This document shows, piece after piece, positions 57,622 to 64,000 of a DNA stretch of 64,000 nt; within the stretch, counting starts at the first letter, position 1; each line of letters opens with the position of its first letter. Made by a program: the position numbers and the translations under genes. The DNA comes from an uncultured Nitrosomonas sp. (lineage in GTDB: Bacteria; Pseudomonadota; Gammaproteobacteria; Burkholderiales; Nitrosomonadaceae), in NCBI GenBank assembly GCA_964639015.1, contig CAZXBP010000001.1:10192-74191 (forward strand), in the 5' to 3' direction. The notes under the pieces are model-generated. The model was not told where the DNA came from, did no database searches, and saw only the letters and a list, made by a program, of their open reading frames with translations.

Positions 57622-58956
57622 ATGAATTTAAACACTGATTTTGTTGCCTGGTTCCGCTCCGTAGCCCCTTATGTAAACGTTTTTCGGGGAAAAACATTTG
57701 TATTCGGCATTGGCGGAGAAATGGTCGCCGATGAAAAATTTGTCAGTTTTATTCACGATATAAATTTGCTCGCCAGTCTGGGTGTACGTCTAATCCTGGT
57801 CTACGATGCACACCCGCAAATACAACAGCGACTCAATGAAAGCCACCCGGATAAATGTGCGGCACTAAATTCCGGCATTACCGATATATTTTCCTTAAAC
57901 TTTGTTAAAGAAACCATAGGTCGGGTTCATTCCGAAATTGAAGCGTTATTATCTATGGGATTGCCTAATTCTCCAATGGCGAATGCGGATATTCATGTTG
58001 CCAGCGGCAACTTCATCACTGCCTGCCCTTTTGGTATTATCAATGGTGTTGACTTTTTGCTGACCGGCAAAGTACGCAAAATTAATACCCGCGCCATCCA
58101 GGCCTGCCTGGATCAAGGCAATGTGGTTTTAATGTCGCCATTAGGTTATTCACCAACAGGTGAAATTTTTAATCTCACGATGGAAAACGTGGCCACAGAA
58201 ACTGCCATTGCGCTGAGTGCCGAGAAACTTATTTTCCTCCTCGACAAATTTGACGAAATCAGCAGCTCCACCGAAAATGCAGTTCGCTTGCCCCGCGAAT
58301 TGACGGTTGCGCAAACCAAATTACTGCTGCAACAGACAACATCTCATCTGAATAATGGAATACACCAGAAGCTCGCATGTGCCATCAAAGCATGCGAAGG
58401 CAAGGTCACGCGCACACATCTCATCAGTCGGCACATGGACGGCGCTATTCTGCGAGAGCTTTTCACGCATTTTGGCATTGGATGCATGGTATCGCGTGAA
58501 CCCCTGGAAACACTTAGAAATGCCGGCATCGAGGACGTTGGAACAATTCTTCAGCTTATAGAACCGCTCGAAACGGAAGGCATACTCGTCAGAAGAAACC
58601 GGGAGCTGCTCGAAATTGAAATTGGCCGTTTCATTGTATTTGAACATGACGGCATAACTATCGGATGTGCTGCGCTTTATCCTTTCCCCCAGGAGAAAAT
58701 GTGTGAATTGGCCTGTCTGGCGGTACATCCATCCTATCGCAATCAGGGTCACGGCAACCGACTACTTAAAACAATAGAAGAACGCGCCGTCGCCCAGGGT
58801 AATGAGAAACTTTTCGTATTAACTACACATGCCACGCACTGGTTTATTGAACATGGTTTTTCGGAAGCATCGCTTTCCGATCTACCCAAACTTAAACAGG
58901 ACTTATATAATTACAAACGCCGCTCAAAAGCATTCATCAAGACGCTGACAAGCTGA
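57622..58956 (+). CDS. argA: amino-acid N-acetyltransferase (N-acetylglutamate synthase)
   Basis: FVAWFRSVAPYVNVFRGKTFVFGIGGE (AAK domain) plus a C-terminal GNAT domain (AVHPSYRNQGHGNRLL). Confidence 0.85.
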   Translation: MNLNTDFVAWFRSVAPYVNVFRGKTFVFGIGGEMVADEKFVSFIHDINLLASLGVRLILVYDAHPQIQQRLNESHPDKCAALNSGITDIFSLNFVKETIGRVHSEIEALLSMGLPNSPMANADIHVASGNFITACPFGIINGVDFLLTGKVRKINTRAIQACLDQGNVVLMSPLGYSPTGEIFNLTMENVATETAIALSAEKLIFLLDKFDEISSSTENAVRLPRELTVAQTKLLLQQTTSHLNNGIHQKLACAIKACEGKVTRTHLISRHMDGAILRELFTHFGIGCMVSREPLETLRNAGIEDVGTILQLIEPLETEGILVRRNRELLEIEIGRFIVFEHDGITIGCAALYPFPQEKMCELACLAVHPSYRNQGHGNRLLKTIEERAVAQGNEKLFVLTTHATHWFIEHGFSEASLSDLPKLKQDLYNYKRRSKAFIKTLTS

Positions 58957-59328
58957 TAGCAATAATTATGCAGTCCTGTATTTTGAAGCACCTCTGAAAA
59001 TCCATATTTTCGAGGCGCTTCAGGATTGCTCGTTCCCCTTTTCAACACAGCACGTCGTTATTCACATAAAATGTCCGCTGACATATCCATCGCGTCAATA
59101 ATTGTTATACCCTTTACTCGTCAAACTTCGGCAGTCAATTTTTATATTTTTCAATAAAGATATATAGTTACAATACAAGAAAACCAAAATTTTGTGAGCG
59201 AACGGTATAATTTTCGCATCGTCTCGTTTAACAACTGTAAGTTTTCGAAAGAACCCCTGAGTGTTTACGTAGCCTGAGGAAAACGCCATAATCGGATACT
59301 TTTGATCTGATTCTACTTAGGAGGAAAA

Positions 59329-59601
59329 ATGGCAAAAACAGTAAATTGCATTAAACTTGGACGCGAAGCGGAAGGACTTGACTTCCAACCCTACCCAGGC
59401 GAATTAGGAAAACGTATTTTTGAGAACGTTTCAAAAGAAGCCTGGCATGAGTGGATCACACTCCAAACCATGCTGATTAACGAAAATCGACTCAATCTAT
59501 CGGACGCAAAAGCGCGCCAGTACCTCGCTGAGCAATTAGAGGCGCATTTTTTTGGCCAAGGTGCCGAAAATCCGGTCGGTTATATACCCACAAAAGACTA
59601 A
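59329..59601 (+). CDS. yggX: Fe(2+)-trafficking protein YggX
   Basis: [42 protein letters not shown]. Confidence 0.85.
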   Translation: MAKTVNCIKLGREAEGLDFQPYPGELGKRIFENVSKEAWHEWITLQTMLINENRLNLSDAKARQYLAEQLEAHFFGQGAENPVGYIPTKD

Positions 59602-59621
59602 CGAAAATTACGCTCAGTCCT

Positions 59622-60242
59622 GTGCCTACTGAAATTGAACTCAAGCTGCGTTTTTCTCCCCAATTCATTACGACCATCACGGAATTACCGCTATTAAAAG
59701 ATTTCAGTATCGCCGCGCCGGTGGAACAGGATATTTTCAGTATCTACTTTGACACACCTGATTTCATTCTCCGCAAACATCGCATCGCCTTGCGAACTCG
59801 AAAAATTGGCAACCAATGGCTGCAAACAATCAAAAGCAACGGCACTGTTCTAGACGGTTTGCATCAACACCACGAATGGGAGTTTGCAATAACCGCCGAC
59901 AAACCGGAATTCGATCAGATCCAGGATCAGGACTTGAAGATTTTCTTGTCTGACAAAAAGCTCAGAGGCTCACTGCAACCAGTCTTTACAACTGACTTTC
60001 ATCGCACGACATACCTGCTCGAACCATTTGAAAAATTCAGACTTGAATTCTGTCTGGATACGGGAAAAATTATCGCCAATGATAAAACAGCTTTAATCTG
60101 TGAAGTGGAACTTGAACTCAAGACAGGAAACAGTCAACAACTGATGGAATTTAGCCGACTATTACAGAAATGCTGTCATTTCCAATTTATACCGGAAAAC
60201 TCAAGTAAAGCGGCGCGAGGATTTGATTTGCTTGCAGAATGA
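59622..60242 (+). CDS. CYTH-domain (triphosphate tunnel) protein
   Basis: An N-terminal EIELKL motif and beta-rich repeats. Confidence 0.65.
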   Translation: MPTEIELKLRFSPQFITTITELPLLKDFSIAAPVEQDIFSIYFDTPDFILRKHRIALRTRKIGNQWLQTIKSNGTVLDGLHQHHEWEFAITADKPEFDQIQDQDLKIFLSDKKLRGSLQPVFTTDFHRTTYLLEPFEKFRLEFCLDTGKIIANDKTALICEVELELKTGNSQQLMEFSRLLQKCCHFQFIPENSSKAARGFDLLAE

Positions 60243-60340
60243 AGAGAAAGAGGAATTGTGGAAATTTTCCGTGAATGACACATCCATCATACGGATTCTA
60301 AACAATTCCTCTCAATCAGTTACATTCAGTTGGAACTCGT

Positions 60341-61405
60341 TTATTTTATGACAGGATTTAACTCACCTTTTGCATAGCGCGCCGCCATGTCATCCAGCTG
60401 GATTGGCTTGATTTTACCTGCCTGCCCAGCGCATCCAAAAGCTTCAAAACGCGCTTTACAAATATCTTTTGCGGCCGCTGTCGCCACCAGTAGAAATTTA
60501 CGCGGATCAAAATTACTTTTATCCTGCGCCATATGACGGCGTATTGCACCTGTCATTGCCAAACGAATGTCGGTATCAATATTAATTTTGCGCACGCCAT
60601 TTTTGATACCTTCCTGAATTTCTTCAACCGGAACGCCGTAGGTTTCTTTCATTTCACCACCATGTTGACGGATGATGTCCAGCCATTCCTGTGGCACCGA
60701 ACTGGAGCCATGCATTACGAGATGTGTGTTCGGTATGCGCTGGTGAATTTCCTTGATACGTTTAATTGCCAGAATGTCACCTGTCGGTTTGCGCGTGAAT
60801 TTGTATGCGCCGTGCGATGTGCCAATAGCTATCGCCAGTGCGTCAACACCGGTTTTCTTAACAAAGTCAGCAGCTTCTTCCGGATCAGTTAACAATTGAT
60901 CGTGCGAAAGCTTACCTTCAGCGCCATGACCATCTTCCGCTTCACCCATACCTGACTCGAGAGAACCCAGACATCCCAGTTCGCCTTCAACAGAAACACC
61001 AACAGAATGCGCAATTTTCACAACTTCAGCCGTAACCTGAACATTATAGTCATATGACGCCGGTGTTTTTGCATCGGCTTCCAGGGAACCATCCATCATG
61101 ACACTCGAAAAACCGCTGCGAATAGCATTCACGCATACAGACGGAGATGCACCATGATCCTGATGCATTACGATAGGAATGTGAGGATAGGCTTCAACCG
61201 CGGCTGCAATTAAATGGCGCAAAAAAGGCTCACCCGCATATTTTCTTGCACCTGCGGAACCCTGCATGATTACCGGACTGTCGCATTCGTCCGCTGCCTG
61301 CATAATGGCATGAATCTGCTCCAGATTATTTACATTGAACGCCGGCAATCCATAGCCGTTTTCAGCTGCATGATCCAATAGTTGTCTTAATGATACCAGT
61401 GCCAT
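60341..61405 (-). CDS. fba: class II fructose-1,6-bisphosphate aldolase (Calvin-cycle subtype)
   Basis: [14 protein letters not shown]...VMHQDHG...[11 protein letters not shown]...[10 protein letters not shown]. Confidence 0.95.
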   Translation of the reverse strand: MALVSLRQLLDHAAENGYGLPAFNVNNLEQIHAIMQAADECDSPVIMQGSAGARKYAGEPFLRHLIAAAVEAYPHIPIVMHQDHGASPSVCVNAIRSGFSSVMMDGSLEADAKTPASYDYNVQVTAEVVKIAHSVGVSVEGELGCLGSLESGMGEAEDGHGAEGKLSHDQLLTDPEEAADFVKKTGVDALAIAIGTSHGAYKFTRKPTGDILAIKRIKEIHQRIPNTHLVMHGSSSVPQEWLDIIRQHGGEMKETYGVPVEEIQEGIKNGVRKINIDTDIRLAMTGAIRRHMAQDKSNFDPRKFLLVATAAAKDICKARFEAFGCAGQAGKIKPIQLDDMAARYAKGELNPVIK

Positions 61406-61496
61406 ATATTTCTCCTTTAAAGATTGATCTAATTTGTTTATTCTCTGAACAGCGATTTATTCTATTTTCGCCGCTTGAATCATCCTGGGTTAATAT

Positions 61497-62960
61497 TTAA
61501 TTATTTTCCGCTCCGGCCGCATTTTCAGCGGTTCTGCATTCTCCCACGCGAATTATTTTCATGGTATTTGTACCCCCTGTTTTTCCAACAGGTTCTCCAA
61601 TAGTCATCACCATAATATCCCCATTTCGCACAATGCCTCGATTGAGCAACTCATCTTCAGCAAGTTGAAGAATGACTTCCGGATCATTCAAATCTTTCCC
61701 AAACTCAACGGGATATACGCCCCTGAAAAGCGTCACTTTTCGCCGCGTACTTTCATGGGGGCTCAGTGCCACAATCGGCACCTTCGAGCTCCTGCGCGAC
61801 ATCAGCAATGCGGTCTCACCGCTTTGTGTCAAAGCCGCAATTGCCCGGATTTTCAAACCCGTTGCGGTAAACATTGTTGCACGCGCAATTGCCTCTTCAA
61901 TCGTAGCAGGATGATTCATCGGTTGCCGCCGATCAACATTCACCAGATATTCTTTTTCAGCTTCAAGACAGACTCTTGCCATTGCCGCTACCGATTCCAC
62001 CGGAAAATCTCCTGCCGCTGACTCAGCAGACAACATAACTGCGTCCGTACCGTCGAGCACGGCGTTGGCGACATCGGATACTTCCGCGCGCGTTGGAATC
62101 GGACTGGTGATCATGGATTCCATCATTTGTGTTGCGGTCACGACAAGTTTATTATTCGTACGCGCAGCACGAATCATTTTCTTCTGTAGCGCGGGTACCG
62201 CCGCATCGCCGACTTCGATGGCAAGATCACCGCGCGCCACCATGATTGCATCAGATGCTTCAATAATATCATCCAAAGCAAGGATAGCTTCAGATCGCTC
62301 TATTTTAGCCATGATCAGACTTTTTCCGCCGGCCGCATATAGCATTTCACGCGCCTTTCTGACATCATCACCTGACTTGACAAACGAAACAGCCAGATAA
62401 TCAGCGTTCATTTCTGCCGCGACTTTGATATCTTCTATATCTTTTCCGGTCAATGCCGGCGCACTCAATCCACCGCCCTTACGATTAATTCCTTTATTGT
62501 TGGACAGTACACCGCCCTGTTCAACGACACAGAAAATTTGATTATTACTTACCGTTGAAACCTTCAGAACTATACGTCCATCGTCCAGCATTAGCGTTGC
62601 GTCGGTTTCGACGTCATCCGGCAATTCTTTGTAATCCAGACCGACCCTTTCCTGGTTACCCAGCGTGCAATCGGAATCCAGTATAAATTTATCGCCAACA
62701 TTCAACTTGATTCGACCCTGCTCAAATCTGCCGATGCGTATCTTTGGGCCTTGCAGGTCAGCCAATACACCTACAGTCTGTCCCAGCGATTGCGCAATTG
62801 ATCGGGTCATCTCAGCATACTGCAAATGCTGCTCTCGCGTTCCATGCGAAAAATTGATCCGTACTACGTCAACTCCGGCGCCAATCATGTTTTCCAGGAT
62901 TTTAGGATTTGAACAGCTTGCCGGACCGAGTGTGGCAACAATCTTGGTTCTACGGATCAT
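61497..62960 (-). CDS. pyk: pyruvate kinase
   Basis: RRTKIVATLGPAS...MVARGDLAIEV... Confidence 0.95.
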   Translation of the reverse strand: MIRRTKIVATLGPASCSNPKILENMIGAGVDVVRINFSHGTREQHLQYAEMTRSIAQSLGQTVGVLADLQGPKIRIGRFEQGRIKLNVGDKFILDSDCTLGNQERVGLDYKELPDDVETDATLMLDDGRIVLKVSTVSNNQIFCVVEQGGVLSNNKGINRKGGGLSAPALTGKDIEDIKVAAEMNADYLAVSFVKSGDDVRKAREMLYAAGGKSLIMAKIERSEAILALDDIIEASDAIMVARGDLAIEVGDAAVPALQKKMIRAARTNNKLVVTATQMMESMITSPIPTRAEVSDVANAVLDGTDAVMLSAESAAGDFPVESVAAMARVCLEAEKEYLVNVDRRQPMNHPATIEEAIARATMFTATGLKIRAIAALTQSGETALLMSRRSSKVPIVALSPHESTRRKVTLFRGVYPVEFGKDLNDPEVILQLAEDELLNRGIVRNGDIMVMTIGEPVGKTGGTNTMKIIRVGECRTAENAAGAENN

Positions 62961-62996
62961 TTTTTCTATCTGGCTTGTATGGTTATTCTGGCAAGA

Positions 62997-64000
62997 TTAT
63001 TCTGCACGTGACTCCAGGATTTCAACCGCAGGAAGTTTCTTGCCTTCCAGAAATTCAAGGAAAGCGCCGCCTGCTGTCGATATGTACGATACTTTATCGT
63101 ACATATCATACTTCTGAATAGCTGCAATCGTATCCCCACCACCTGCCAATGTAAATGCTTTTGTTTCCGCAATTGCGCGTGCAATTTTTTCAGTGCCTGC
63201 GCCGAACTGATCAAACTCGAAAACACCAACCGGGCCATTCCAGACAACCGTACCTGCTTTCATGATGATATCCGCGAGTTCCTGTGCGCTTCTCGGACCG
63301 ATATCGAAGATCATGTCATCATCAGCCACTTTATCAACATCCTTCAGTACTGCTGGTTCAGCAGCATCAAATTTTTTACCGACCACGACATCCACAGCAA
63401 TAGGAATCGAAGCATTGCGCTTAATCATTTTTTCCATCAGTGATTTTGCAGTTGGTATGAGATCATCTTCACACAATGACTTACCGATGTTCTTGCCTGC
63501 CGCTTTTATAAAGGTATTTGCAATTCCGCCGCCTACCACCAGCTGATCAACTTTATCCGATAATGACTCAAGCACCGTCAGCTTGGTCGAAACTTTCGAA
63601 CCGCCAACAATCGCAACCATAGGTCTGGCCGGATTATCCAATGCCTTGGTCAGCGCATCCAGTTCTTCAGTCAGCAGGATACCCGCGCATGCCACGGGAG
63701 CATATTGCGCAATACCATACGTCGAAGCCTGGGCACGGTGTGCCGTACCAAAAGCATCCATGACAAAGATATCGCATAAAGCAGCATATTTTCTGGCGGT
63801 TTCTTCCAGATTTTTCTTTTCACCTTTATTGATTCTGCAATTTTCCAGAACAACCAGTTCGCCTTCAGCAACATCAAAACCACCATTTACCCAGTCTCTG
63901 ATTAATCGCACAGGTTTGTTTAAACGCGCCGCGATATTATCCGCAACCGGCTTCAGGGAATTTTCTTCGGACCACTCGCCTTCTTCCGGGCGGCCAAGGT
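62997..64000 (-). CDS. pgk: phosphoglycerate kinase (5' end beyond the right edge)
   Basis: [12 protein letters not shown]...GGGDTIAA...[19 protein letters not shown]. The frame stays open to position 64000. Confidence 0.95.
   Translation of the reverse strand, partial: LGRPEEGEWSEENSLKPVADNIAARLNKPVRLIRDWVNGGFDVAEGELVVLENCRINKGEKKNLEETARKYAALCDIFVMDAFGTAHRAQASTYGIAQYAPVACAGILLTEELDALTKALDNPARPMVAIVGGSKVSTKLTVLESLSDKVDQLVVGGGIANTFIKAAGKNIGKSLCEDDLIPTAKSLMEKMIKRNASIPIAVDVVVGKKFDAAEPAVLKDVDKVADDDMIFDIGPRSAQELADIIMKAGTVVWNGPVGVFEFDQFGAGTEKIARAIAETKAFTLAGGGDTIAAIQKYDMYDKVSYISTAGGAFLEFLEGKKLPAVEILESRAE

Overview
This 64-kb window comes from an AT-rich proteobacterial chromosome. The right flank (52.9-64 kb) is ordinary housekeeping DNA: rpoD, an inositol monophosphatase-family gene, a thioredoxin-fold gene, rsmE, argA, yggX, a CYTH gene and the fba-pyk-pgk glycolysis/Calvin-type block. 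That gene order is reminiscent of Nitrosomonas-like betaproteobacteria, but this is inference only. From about 10.4 to 52.8 kb lies an integrated conjugative element (ICE) abutting the 3' end of a tRNA(CAU) gene. It carries a tyrosine integrase and Xis, plus an IncP-1-like Tra1 block (traK-L-M | oriT | traJ/mobC-traI-traG-traF-orf-traC as an ArdC-Toprim fusion). It also carries an IncP-1-ordered Tra2 block (trbA-like repressor, trbB-C-D-E-F-G-H-I-J-K-L-M, an ompA-like gene, trbN) and an orphan korB/parB. No trfA or oriV is visible. A cargo block of about 16.7 kb sits between trbN and traC. It holds a LysR/outer-membrane-channel pair with an inverted relic copy, and a sigma54/V4R activator divergent from a clade-D beta-carbonic-anhydrase-like hydrolase. 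It also holds a zinc-ribbon protein, OsmC, a flavin monooxygenase, TetR, a SAM methyltransferase, a TolB-like protein, an IS4-family element with a frameshifted transposase, an ACR3/BASS-like permease and several gene remnants. The most unusual part is 1-10 kb, a compositionally foreign, mosaic, six-gene minus-strand operon in which every gene junction overlaps. Its order is HTH, C5-cytosine DNA methyltransferase, 1062-aa SNF2 helicase, HNH nuclease, 1464-aa MmeI/PglX-like N6-adenine methyltransferase, and a HEPN-like gene that runs off the left edge. It resembles DISARM class 1, BREX and Type IIG/ISP systems but matches none of them within the window. I regard it as the best candidate for an undescribed or atypical defence system. 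All calls come from reading the sequence and the ORF track; no database search was possible.
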